Source: Callorhinchus milii (taxonomy: Eukaryota). From it: a DNA stretch of 64,000 nt. Below the pieces are notes generated by a model. That model made no database searches and had not been told where the DNA came from. It worked only from the letters and a program-made list of their open reading frames with translations. The number at the start of each line of letters is the position of its first letter. The stretch's first letter is position 1. The stretch covers positions 9,240,001 to 9,304,000 of the forward strand of contig NW_024704743.1 of the NCBI RefSeq assembly GCF_018977255.1, read 5' to 3'. This document shows positions 11,831-24,564 of this stretch, in pieces. The position numbers were made by a program, and so were the translations under genes.

Positions 11831-14800
11831 TTATAGCATCACTTCAGAATGAAAGAATCTGCGCCAATGTCATGCTCCCACACAGATACCATTCTGCCAG
11901 ACAATACTATCTGAGCCAGGCTTTCCCTGGCTGGAAATGTTCATTTCAATTTTTCCCCTCTTATAATGGAGCATTGTACTTTCAGACTGTTCCATCCACC
12001 AATCCAGCCAACTACTGAGAAACCTCACTCAGAGTGCAGTCAAACTCTAACACAGCAGTCACAGCTGGAATTTTCAAGCCAAGACTCCAATACTCCACAA
12101 AACAGTAAATCGGCTCATTTCCTCAACTGCAAATCAAGCCAGGAATGACTCTTGAATTGCTGCATCATTAACTGCAGGAAGACCCCCCAGGTGGATCAAA
12201 GTTCTGGGACTTGTAAACACATTTTGTTTCTTGTTTAGTGAACATAGTTCAAATGTATTTCAACAACAACAACAAATTGCATTTATATAGCACCTTTCAA
12301 GTCAGGAGGATGTCCCAAGGTTTCGAGATCCCCCCACTTTTGAACAATGATTAGAACTAACAAATCATAGAATTTGATATAGCACTTTCACATCATAGGC
12401 TATCTCAACAACAACAAATTGTATAGAATTCTAGAGAGTGAGAACAGATAGGCGCTTCACAGGTTCTACTAACGTGTAAAGTGTAGTGACTGTTATTTAT
12501 AGGTGAACACAGATAAAATTCACATTTAGGTATTAATCACAACAGTCTAATCTGTGTTACATCATTACTACCAATTCAATCCGACATCAATTTAGTTCAG
12601 TTGGTAGCATTCTTGAGAGTAAGTATGGGAGAGTGATTGGCGAGGGTTCTCTCAGTTGAGACAAACCAAGGGCCTGTTCTAGTGGATGCTAAATATCTGG
12701 TGATGCTATTTCAAAGTTATTTTGCCTGTATGCAAATTTTAAAAAACACATTAGATCTAGCCACCCATCCTATTGTGGGCAGAATGAATTGCTGCATTTG
12801 TCTATAAAACAGCAATAAAACTCCACTCCACTTCAAAATAACTCATTACGTGATAAGCTGCTATTAACAAACACAGGTACAGGTATTAATTAATCAATAT
12901 TTATTAATTGACATTTTTCTGCAGTGCCCTGAACAAGAAAGGATTGAATATCCATTGCCAACTGCAAAACTTAAAAACTACATCGAGAAATTCTACATGA
13001 TTATTGGAATCGTCAATTTAAACATGAAGCGGTTTCACGGGACTCTACACAATTACGAATAGTGAATCCCAGAACACCAAATCTCTAAACAGGTTTAATG
13101 CTAAACTTTGCTTAAAAAAATCTGTATTGCTATAAGAGTACACTAAAGTCCAAAATATCCTACAGAAGCACAAAGCCGATCTTTGAGATGTGTCTTGAGT
13201 TTACTTAGATATCCAAGGCAACTGTAATTCTTTATTTCTGTTACAAAAGAATGTAATCTGGGTAAAATTGGATAATGCTTACTTCATTGTTACTTAACTA
13301 CCAAGTACAACTTCTCTAATAATATTTGGACATTTCACGTAAATCTTCTAAATTGGGATTGCATTTAGTAACACTATATTTTATTTACTAGCACTCAGGT
13401 TAGCATGAGATGGGGAGTTGTGCAACAATGTAGCATGTGCAAAGTCATGCAATAATTATGGAATTATTCTAAGCATACTTGTATTATGCATACAATGTTT
13501 AATTCAAGACAACATCTTCACACAATTGGCCCATGAACAATAAAGTGTTCGTGCATTGGACTCCAAACCTACATCAATTGGCATTTACACTCAGGCTCCC
13601 CTCCTCCCAGGGGCACTCCTCAAGTGTGTGTCTTTCACTCAACCAAGAAGTGGGCATTGATGGGATGGATCCATTAAAATATCCGCAAGCTGCGTTATCT
13701 CACTGGGGATAGCTCGGGTGCAGTGAACTGATTTTGGAAAGGGGATAAGAAGAAAAAATGAAGGGTGAAGGGATTACTTCTCTCTCTCTCTCCCCCTCCC
13801 TCCCACCCCCCACCCCCAACACCCCACACCAAGCATTAATATGCATCAACCTCTTCAAAAGCTTATATTATTTAATGAAAGTGGAGATTAGAACTGCTGT
13901 AGATCATTTCTGCAAAAGGCAAAGACACAATTCACAAAAGCTTCAGTTATCTCTAAAAGAGCCATTTGATTAAAAACTCATATTAATTTGTATTAAACCT
14001 GGCTAAAGTGTTTCAGCCTGCTCACCTGGATAATTCAAATCCTTTTTGCTATGACATTTGACTAAATACTCATTTTCTCCAATGAAGTCTGAGCAGCTTT
14101 TCTCGCAACCTTTCTCTGATTTTGTACATTTTTATTATCTAGAGAAGTGTGCTAACATCGGAACAGAACTAGACCATTCAGCCTGTTGTCATTTTTTACA
14201 TCATGGCACATCTCATAATCCCATTTCCCCACGTTTTCTCTATACCCCTTAATACCTTCACTTAATACCTTCACAATAATAATAATTTAGTCTCTCAATC
14301 CACGACTGCTTGTGGGACACTGCTGTGCGCAAATGGCTGCAGTGTTTAGGTCACAAAATACACAGTATTTTGCATTTTACAATATATTCTGTGAAATGTT
14401 TTGAGCCCTCTCAAAGACCTGATAAGGTGGTATATCAAATACAAGGATTATTATATTATTATTATTATTCACTTTCCAAGTATATCCATCTATAAAGAAT
14501 ATGATATAAATCTTTGCATTTGATATAGCATCTTATCACGTGGTCAAAATGTCTCAAAGCGCTTTATGGCATTTAATCATAAGTAATAATCTTTGTATTT
14601 GATATAGTGCCTTTCACATCAGGAGGATGTCTCAAAGCGCTTTGCAGGGTTTAAAATGCAGTGACCACGTATTTGCAGGTGAATGCCAGCAATGTCCCAA
14701 ACAATGGTGAAGTGAGTGACAATTATTATCCGGGGATATCGGCCAGGACCCCAGGAGGAATACCCTTCTCTTTTCGAATAGTGCCTTAGGATCAACTGAA

Positions 14801-16464
14801 AAGGCAAATGATACTTCAGTTTAAAGTTCTCATTCAAAGGACAGTACACTGAATAATTTCCACATCCACAGCCTTCGAGTGCGTTCCACATTCTCTCCAG
14901 CTTTCGTGTGAAGCATTCTTTTCTCACATGCAACCATCTTTAAAACTTGTTTTGCATCCTTTCGCCACAGAATTAACAGCAGTGAAGCAATGCAGAATAA
15001 CAAACAATCTCTGGGAAATCCAACAATTCCCAGAGATTCAAAGGTTTTAAATCCTAACAAAAGAGTCTAAGAACCAAATCTTGAATCAGAATGGACCTGT
15101 AACAAATCTGTACAAGGCTTTGTGAGACCAGCAAACTAAAGCCCTTCAGACAATGCCAATATTGCTTCTTTTTTCACCCTGACTACTTTTGTATGTAAAT
15201 AAGTTAATGGTTTAATTAAAGTATCATTGAAAGTACTGCATAACTGATGTTCTCAAACACCAGATTCAATTTAGGGTATAATGAAGATTATATGAGAAAG
15301 TAAGATCAAATGGTGAGATCCATACAAACTCATATAATGTGGACAAGATCATTTTGATTATGCGTTTTACTGTTCAGTGCGTATGAAGATTTGGGATTTA
15401 GAAAGATTAATTGGCCGCACAAATAAAACAAAACTCCAAAGGTCCATCAAAGCTGTGTTCAGAATGCATGGACTCATTTGCCATAACAATTTCAATGTAA
15501 TTCCAATAAGTAAGAACAAATTAACTTAATCACTTTTGCTTACAGGAGGACAATATTTGCAAGGCAGAATACAAATTAGCATGTCTACGCAACTACAATT
15601 TGGACTCAGTAATGATATTTTTCTAAACAATTAAAGCAACGGTATACATCTGTAATTAGTGTGACGTGTTCAATTGTGGATAGTAACTAGTAATCTAGAA
15701 TGGTTATTGTGCAAGAAAATCTCATCTTTAAGCTATAATACAATTTTGACAATTTCCTTGATTTAAAATAAAAGATTTTTTTGGTTTTGACGTGCCTTAC
15801 TCTGCCCACCTGATTTTCCGCAACTCTCTCTTCATTCTACGGTTGTTCTTTTCCTGTCCCTTGTGCCTGTCTCTCTGGCTCACATACACACAAAATACTG
15901 CTGCTGCTCTAGGTCTCTGCTCACTTTCATATTTTACATGTCTTGCGTGTTTCTTCTTTCAAAAGTAAAGACTTTTTTAAAAAAAATTCAATTGAACCCG
16001 CGCACGCAAATGATATGCCCACCAGGAAACATACTACACATAGGATCAAAGGAAGATTTCACTCGGGGAGCTGTGGTTTCAAACAAAACACACCAAAGTG
16101 AAAGCACCATACCAACAATACCCCGATGAGAAGCAGAAAGCTGAAATGATCAAATTCACAAGTAGGAGAAGCACTAAAACATAGAATGTAGAAAGCCCCT
16201 CTGACATAACAAGAACAGCAACAAATTACACTCGTATAACGTCCTTCACATCGGAAAGATGTCCCAGGTTGCTGGATAGTCTGAGATTTTTGGACCCGAG
16301 CTGGGAGTTGGGGTCAGGAGGGGTGGAAGGCAAAGGGGGAAACATACTGGATACAGGATCAAAGGAAGATTTCACTCAGGGAATTGTGGTTTCAAACACA
16401 ATCCCAAGTTGCTGTGAAATGAAACAGAAACACACCAAAGTGAAAGCATACCAATATGAAGCCT

Positions 16465-16812
16465 TGGGCTCACTGGAAGGCTCAGCAAGTTTAGTTAGTG
16501 AGTAGCTGAGCGATGCAGGCTGAGAAGACCAAAGTTGGATCCCTGTTTTTGCTGAGCTGATTGATTTCAAGCAGTATATGCATAGAAGGTACAACAATTG
16601 GCTTCGGCACCCCAGGGATTAGTGAGTGGTAAATCAATCAGAGTTTCTACTCCTAATCACTACTCTCTGTCCCTGGTGGAACATGAGTATTGGATGTTGG
16701 GCAGTTACACCCTCTGCAGTTCAATATTTTGGTCTACACTTACAGTCAAGGCTCACACATGAATAACGACCACTTGCACAAGGTCCTGGAAGTCAGTTGA
16801 CTCCTGTGGAGT
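16465..16812 (+). mobile_element. Old interspersed repeat, probably a SINE (related piece at about 8215-8360)
   Basis: Shared motif order: ...cag(c/t)...g(g)t...caattggc(c/t)tc..cc...gg..t(a)gtgag(g/t)g in both places. Family not identified. Confidence 0.4.
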
Positions 16813-18053
16813 TTTATAGTATAGCGTAAGAAAAAAGACAAATGAGAAGACGGGGAAAAAACTGATAGAAAACATTAGTGACCAAATAAAGCATCAAAGC
16901 AATGTACAACACAGTAAGAGGCCATTTGGCCCAATATTTTCTGTTGGTGTTTGCTCTTCCAGAAGCCATCCATCCTAATCCCAATTCCCTGCTCTTTCTC
17001 CATATCCTCTAATACGCTTCCTCTGCATGTGCTTGTCTGTTCATTCCATTTCCCCGACAACCATCTGGGAAAGGTTTTTCCCAATCTCTCCCATTACTCC
17101 ATTAGCCACCAGCCCTCGTCTGTTTGATACAAATTAATGGATGAATTTCCTACATGAATCTGCATATCAGAATTCATGTTGTAAAAATTTATGGCCAACT
17201 AATATTTCTATCTTTCCAGAACAGTTTATAAATGAACTTTGTGAAACAAATTGCAGAGTTATTAAGTGCAATTTTATGAGGAACATTTTGAGGTAAGGTA
17301 CTGGTAGGTTATATTGCTACTTAATCTACATTTTGGTTCCACTCTGAAACTAGAAAGCTTTCCAAAGAGGTTCACTCTCATTTGTGCTCTAAACTAAAGC
17401 ACATTTTTCCTATTCCTGAATATAAAATACCATTAGGCAGCCTTGCTGCAGCAAACTTGTCAAACAATTGTAGTGAACTTGGAGAAGAAGGGGTTAATAT
17501 TGTGCGGGCTACAATGGGACAATGTTCCGGCCGTCTTAACAGAGAATGTTCCAAATAAACTTGAATGAACTGTTGGACGCTGACAAAGGCAGCATTTACA
17601 GATGTGGCCTGAGTTATGTTCCTCTCAACGTTTTTTACAGGGGAAATTACATCAACAAACCATTGGTTGCTATTGTGGTTATATTTAGTGTTCAAATAGG
17701 ACCTGAAAGAAAACGGGAAAACTATTTCCACTTTCAACTTGAAAGAACTGCCTCAGCATTTGATTTCCAGATTGCTTCTCCTCTGGTTTAAAACGTGGGC
17801 AGTTCAGAGTATTTCCACATGCTGTTCAATAGACAGTAACAGTAAATGGCTGAATGGGATTTTTCCAATGGCTGGAATATGTTCATTCCAAAAAGGATCA
17901 ACAACACATTTCAATGGTGTGGGTCAATGGCTATGTCCCAACTTCACATTTTTATTGCCAGAATTACTATTATAAGAGACTTCAGTTCACAATATAAATT
18001 ATCTTTTCATGCGATGGTTGCATTCCACTTTCGGATAAATTGCACTGTGATCA

Positions 18054-18375
18054 TAGTAATAATAATAATAATCCTTGCATTTGATATAGCGCTTTTCACG
18101 TCTGGAGGACGTCCCAAAGCGCTTCACAGAACACACTGTGAAGTGAATTGACTGTATATTTGTGGGCGAACGCAGCAGCCAATTGCGCACAGCAATGTCC
18201 CACAAACAGTCGTAGATTGAAAATGACCAATTTATTATTGTTTTTGGTTTTGGAGGGATTATTATTAGGCTCTGTGTGGAGTAAGGAAACTTGCCCAAGG
18301 TTTCGCCCTGCCTGGAATTGAACTCAGGTCTCTCGCTTGCAAAGCAAGTGCTCTAACCACTGAGCTACAGGACTC
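18054..18375 (-). mobile_element. Full-length young tRNA-derived SINE (short subfamily) with L2-type tail
   Basis: Head gtcctgTAGCTCAGTGGTTAGAGC...GAGTTCAATTCC with Pol III A and B boxes. Tail aagcgctatatcaaatgcaaggatt(att)n. Nearly identical to the copy at 32854-33174. Confidence 0.9.
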
Positions 18376-19154
18376 TACTCATGTACTTCTCTCAACGTAT
18401 TTACGTAGATTAGAAGGTTCAGGAACAATATTTCTCTAAAAGTCACTTTCCAAAACCAGGCAAGAAACTTCACTTGTCCTTTACTCTCGTGGTACATGTC
18501 AACTGAAGGGAGATTATGTTACAACTTCACAGCAATCCAAGCTAACCTATTTCCTATTTGTATTCCAGCTCTGCACTCTCTATTCCAAAACATCTGATCA
18601 TTCACCCTTTGAGAACCACAGCAACATTTCTGCAACATAATAAATCAAGCACTAACAGTGCTGAATAGCACCAAAAGGAAAAAAGTGTTCAGCAGTGGTT
18701 TAGGAAGCAATTTGATAGTTATTGCAGGAAATAGAGTGTAAATATGCTCATTATGTTTATCTTTCAGCAGTTATGGACCAAGCATGGTTTTAGGGTAACC
18801 TTCAGCAAAACCGAAAGGGCACAAGTATAACGGTTCTCAACAGTGCAGTGATTTGTCCTAGCGCTATGTGGCTGCATTGAGGGCTAGTTGCTGGTTTGAC
18901 TGTCTGACTTGGCTGAGGTCCCGATCACAGAGCTCTGCTGTGGTAGAATGGAGAACAGACATCTGCTCCAAAAAAAATGAGGTTGAGGGGGTAGGAGGAG
19001 CAGGTAAAAGAGGAGAGGATCAATCTTGGGTCAATCTCTCCAAAGTGATCTTAACGCAGCAACAATGAAATTTGGAGCCCACGTCACCAGTTCAAACCAG
19101 GTTAATGGAAAGTAATCCAAATAATAATCCTTGCATTTGATACAGCACCTTTTA

Positions 19155-20781
19155 CATAGAATCATTGAATCACAGAATTATACAGCATAGAATGAGGCCA
19201 TTTGGCCCATCGTGTCTGTGCCAGCTCTTTGAAGAGTTATCCAATTCAATCCCATTTGCCACTGACCCACCCGCCAGTGGAAATAGTTCCTCTTTGTTCA
19301 CCCTATCGAATCCCCTCATAATTTTGAAACATTCTATTAAGTCTCCTCTTAATCTTCGCTGCTCCAAGGGGAATAATCCTAGTTTCTCTAACCTTTACCA
19401 ATAACTGTAGTCTCTCATTCCTGGTACCATCCTGGTAAATCTCCTTTGCACCCTCCACAATGCCTTGACATCCTTCCTAAAGTGTGGTACACAGAACTGA
19501 ACACAGTACTCCAGCTGAGTCCTAACCAGTGTTCATCATAATTTCCTGACTTTTGTATTCTATGTCCCTATTTATAAAGCCTACTAACCTGTATGCTTTT
19601 TTTACAGCTTTATCTACCTGTCCTGCCACCTTCAAAGATTTACTGATATGAACTTCCAGGTTTCTCTCTTCCTTCACCCCTTTAAGATTCTACCATCTAG
19701 CTTATAATTGCCTCTCCTTATTCTTCCTCCCAATGTGCATCACTTCACTTTTCTCCACATTAAACGTCATCTGCCACACGTCTGCCCAACACCAAAACAA
19801 AATTACATTTGATTAGTCCCCTTCACGTTGGGAGGACATCCCAAGATGCTGGTTAGTCAGAGTTTTGGTCTGTCTATGTCCATTTGCAGCCTGCTACTAT
19901 CCTCCTCACTATTTACTACTTTTCCCAGTTTAGAATCATCTGCAAACTTGGAAATTGTACTCCGTATACCCAAGTCCAGGTCATTTATATAGATCAAAAA
20001 GAGCAGTGGTCCCAATACCGACCCTTGGGGGACACCACTGCACACTTCCCTCCAGTCAGAAGAACAACCGTTCACCGCCACTCTTCGCTTTCTGTCTCCC
20101 AGCCAGTTCTGTATCCATGCTGCCACTGTCCCTTTAATACCACAAGCTTCTATTTTTCTTACAAGTTTCTTATGTGGCACTTTATCAAACGCCTTTTGAA
20201 AATCCATATAAACTACATCAACTGCAATACCTTCATCCACCCTCTCCGTTACTTCATCAAAAGACTATCAGGTTTGTTAGACATGATGTGCATTAATAAA
20301 CCTGTATTGACTGTCCTTTATTAACCCATATTTTTCTAAGTGAAAATGTCTTTTATCCCGGATTATAGTCTCTAGAAGTTTCCCCACTACTGACATTAGG
20401 CTGGTTGGCCTGTAGTTCCCGGGTTTATCCTTCTGCCTCTTTTTGTACAGGGGAGTAACATTTGCAACCCTCCAGTCCTCTGGCACCACCCCGGTGTTCA
20501 AGGAGGAGTGAAAGATCGTGGCCAGAGCCTCCGTTATTTCCACCCTTACATCCCTCAGTAACCTTGGATGCGTCCCGTCAGGACCAGGTGACTTATCTAT
20601 CTTGAGCACCGCCCTTCTCTCGGTTTATTCTTATCTTAGCCAATTTCTCTACCCTCTCCTCCAATAATGTGGCATTAGCTGCATTCTCTTCTTTTATGAA
20701 GACAGATACAAAGTACTCATTCAGTACGTCAGCCATGCCCTCTGCCTCCACAAGAAGATTTCCTCTTTGGTCCCTAATCAT
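19155..20781 (-). mobile_element. CR1 LINE 3' half (RT), frameshifted, with a nested L2 tail at about 19788-19868
   Basis: ORFs show [70 protein letters not shown] and RRLRGDLIE. CR1-type ATTCTATG tail. Confidence 0.94.
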
Positions 20782-21140
20782 CAAAGTGTTCCACATGACT
20801 TACTGTAAAGTGTAGTGACTGTGTATTTTGTAGGCAGCCAATTTGATTATAGCAATGTCTCACAAGCAGCAATGAAGGGAATGACCAAATTTAACTGGGA
20901 GATTTTACCTAGAAAACCCTTCTTTTTCCAATTTTACCAGGGGATCTTCCCAAACCACTTGAACAGGCAGTTGGGATCTCCGTTTAATGTCTCATCCAAA
21001 GGACAGCCCCTCCAACATGCAGCACTTCCCCAACACTGCATTGGAATGTCAGCCTAAACTGTTGGTTCAATGTCCCTAGTTGAGGCTTGAACCCATAACT
21101 TTCTGACTCAGAAGCGAGAGTCCTACTAACCTAGCCAGGC
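20782..21140 (-). mobile_element. Older DeuSINE copy
   Basis: Head ggctaggttagtaggactctcgcttctgagtcagaaagtt and Deu-type body on the reverse strand. Confidence 0.75.
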
Positions 21141-21274
21141 CTATGATGTGGGAAAGAAAATTTATTATACCTGAAATTAAATAGAAGGATGAAGAAGTTC
21201 TGATAATAAGTGCAGAGTAGGGATTGTTGTCCAACAACAAAATTATATTTGTTTGTAAATTACGAATTACATTT

Positions 21275-21695
21275 ATTTTACATTACAAATTTCAAGTCAG
21301 GAGACGTCCCAAAGGGAGGGGACGAGGCAGAAGGACTGTGGCATGGAGGTCCAGAGGGTGGGAGCAGAGACTGAAGGCCCACCCCCCAATGGTGGGGCGA
21401 GCGAGGCGGGGGCTGAGAAGCAGGCCACAGTGCTCTGATTGGAGAGAGCAGACAGGTTGGTAGGAGGTTAGGAGGTCACAGAGGTAGGGAGGAGCAAGGG
21501 CGTGGAAGGCTTTGAAGATGAGGACCATGATCTTGAACTGTATCCTCTGAGTGATGGGGAGACAGTGGAGCTGGGCGAGAATGGGGGTGATAGGGTCACA
21601 GAGCCTGGTGTGGAAGAGGACGTGGGCTGCAGAGTTCTGGATGATCTGCAGCCCGTGGAGGGAGGAGCTGGGAGGCCGACAAGCAGGAGTTGGTA
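21275..21695 (-). mobile_element. L2 LINE 3' fragment
   Basis: ORF 21292..21528 has FKAFHALAPPYL and RPTIGGWAFS. Confidence 0.85.
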
Positions 21696-22740
21696 ACTAG
21701 ATTAATTATCAAATGTATTGTCTTCAACAACTTCTAAGCTATGGAATTGGTCAACTGGTATAGGGTGGTGAGCACAGTGCAAATACCATATTTTTTTCAT
21801 TTAGCTGGCAAATACTATCAATAAGAAAATGTTCACAACACTTAGTTTCAAGAAACTCTTTGCTGATGCTCGCTGTAAAGCGGATGCCCTGTTTATTCTG
21901 TTGGTAGAAATGATACATAGCTTCTAATAGCATAGTTATTCAGTGCTGGAAGTCAGGTATTTATTGTTATTAAAGTGCCAGTCGCGCACCTGTCCAAAAA
22001 ACTTTCAGGACCATTCCCGAGAGGAGTCCAAATCGATTTGCACCGTCTGTTCTTCTACTGATTGGAGCGGAGTGAATCAATGTTCTGCTAAAACTACTTC
22101 AAGGTGGTTTCAGCACCGAGCTCTGGTATTTTCTGACTGTGCTGCAGAACCTCAATTTAGACTTTGCTTTTTGTGCCAAACACTAATAATAATACTTGCA
22201 TTTGATATAGCGCCTTATCACATCTTTAAGATGTCAAAAGCACTTCACAGAATATACTGTAAAGTGAGTTGACTGTATATTTTGGGGGCAAAACTACTGT
22301 ACAAGTTACTGCAATCTGCAACTGAAGCCAGTTGTCAGCTTGGCTCAATTGGTTATTCACTTTGTGGCTGTTTGTACGACATTGTTGCATGTAAATTAGT
22401 TACTTCTCAGTGGTAGTTGCCAGAGTGGTGTAACCTGTGAAACACTTTTGAGTCATCTTCCCGACTAGAAAGATACTACTTAGATTAAAAAATGGTTCAG
22501 TTCAGAAACATGCCATTCAGGCCATCCAGTCTGGCTGGTGTTACATCCACACGAGTGTCTATCCTCCATACAATCCCTAGTCCCATGACTTGTCTTTTTC
22601 CCCGTATCCTTCAATTGTTTCTCTCTTAACCATGTATCCAGTCGTTCCTTGGATGTACACATATTTGTTGTCCCAGCAACTGACTGATAGAGAGTCTCTC
22701 ACTCCTACTAATCTCCGTTCTGGACCTCCAAGTTATTAAT

Positions 22741-23016
22741 TAATAATAATAATCCTTGCATTTGATATAGCGCCTTATCACATCTTCTAGACATCTCAAA
22801 GCGCTTCACAGAATGTACTGTAAAGTGAATTGACTATATATTTTGTGGGTGAAACGCGGCAGCCAATTGCGCACAGCAGTGTCCCACAAACAGTTGTGGA
22901 TGAGTGACCAAACTATTATTGGTATTTTTTCTTGCGGGATTATTATCAGGCGTGCGGAGTGAGGAAACTTGCCCAAGGTTTCACCCTGCCAGGAATCGAG
23001 CCTAGGTCTCTCGCTT
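22741..23016 (-). mobile_element. 5'-truncated copy of the same SINE
   Basis: Begins within the tRNA head; body and tail as at 18054-18375. Confidence 0.85.
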
Positions 23017-23630
23017 AACCAAAACTACGCCCTCTAGTTCAAGAGAACCCTGACCCTCAGAAGTATTCTTTCCTATCTAAGCTTCCATCATCTTGTACAA
23101 CTCTATCATATCCCATTTCAACCTCTGAACTCTTGAAGTGCTCTGAGGCGCCATCCTGCGTGGTGGGCGCTGTATAAATCCAAGTTGTTGTTGTTGAACT
23201 CCAAAGAGAACACTCCAGTTCATTAAACCTTTTCTTACAACTGCATCAAATGGAAAGATTATTTTAAAATTTATCAGTTGACCCATCAGCACAGAAATTC
23301 CCAACAATCACATGGCTTGTCATCTACACCACAAAAGACTCAATTCAACCAATGGAATAAGACTCAGGCTTTGGCATTCATCTTATGAGGAACTGATGGT
23401 GGGGACCAGACGATCAGTTTCCTTCTCTAAATCCCTTTAATTTCCTAATTGACTGCTGGCCTGCCCTACCTCCTGTGCTACATTCCCCAAAGCTTATGTA
23501 GCATTTGGCTCCTAGACACCACCTTAAAATTGGCAATACAGTACCTGATGTATGATGCATGTACGTGACGAATTGTAATATTGTGCATCAGATATGTCAG
23601 CAAACAATCCTGGATTAAAAAGGGAGACAA

Positions 23631-24564
23631 GTCTCGCTATCTACACCTAACATTTTATTCCAGAGAGTATTTCCACACATTTTCTGTATTCCACTGAAAT
23701 TCCGGCACTTTTGTAAAAAAATATACTCTCTACTTTAATTACTTTTCCACTCACTAGCTCCCCTAGTGTTAACACTATTTCCTAAATTAAAAGACCTGGT
23801 GCTCCCAGAACTTTGTCTACATCATTAGGTGACCCACTCACAAAAATGATAATCACCCTCGTATTTGATGTAGTGCCTATAACTTTGAAACATTTCAAGG
23901 CACTTCACAGGGTACTGATGTGTAGTGAGAATGTGTTTTTTAGGTAAATGTGGCAGCTAATTTGCATGCAGCCATGACCCACAAAGAGCATAAAGTGAAT
24001 GATCAATTTATCTGGAGGATTCTTGACCAGAATACTGGAAGAAACTCACTTCTCTTTTCAGTTAGAGTGATGTGATCTTTATCATCCGCCTGAACAGAAA
24101 GACGGGACCTCAACTTAATGTTCTGAAAAGCTGCACTTCCAAAAATGCAGCACTTCTGGAGTACCTTAATTTGAGCTTATTCCCAACATGGGGTTGAACC
24201 AGAGTGACCCAGAATGAAACTTGGATCAGTTGGTGGCATTTATCTTTTCCTTAACAGTGAGCACCTAGCCTTGCTTTGCCTTCCTTAATCATGGCCAAGG
24301 TGAAGAACTCATGTGGGAAATGTGAGATCCTAACATTCTCAAACACCACTTGATCAACTACCACCAAGAAATGATACACTTGGGACTATGAACTCACGGT
24401 GCAGGTTGACACTCGAGTGCACTGCTTTAAGGGAAAGATCTGGCCTCTTGATGCGGAGAATAGATTTACTTTTCACAAAAGTGCCAGAATTTCAGTAGAA
24501 TATAGAAAACATGTGGAAACACTCTGGAATATCTGAATAAAATGTTAGCTGCTGAGAATGAGAC
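23631..24564. mobile_element. Fold-back element with about 90-bp inverted arms
   Basis: 23673-23714 matches the reverse complement of about 24475-24516 at 37 of 42 positions. Confidence 0.7.
23848..24200 (-). mobile_element. Older DeuSINE copy nested inside a fold-back element
   Basis: Deu-type body and tail lie between the inverted arms at 23631-23718 and 24470-24564. Confidence 0.7.

Noticed and set aside
14280..14850. Recurring aatccttgcatttgatatagcgc motif that could look like CRISPR direct repeats
   Set aside because: Irregular spacing, both orientations and eukaryotic context; these are SINE/L2 3' tails.
15801..15955. Purine-rich open stretch on the sense strand ending in a gtaagg donor (possible extra exon)
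   Set aside because: Weak AAG acceptor, 155 nt would shift the frame between phase-0 exons, and no Par-3 similarity. Not supportable without RNA data.
18303..18375. tRNA-Ala(TGC)-like cloverleaf (also at about 33102-33174, 38715-38787 and 59620-59692)
   Set aside because: Followed directly by SINE body and tail rather than a T-run terminator, T-stem imperfect, and multiple diverged copies. These are SINE heads, not tRNA genes.
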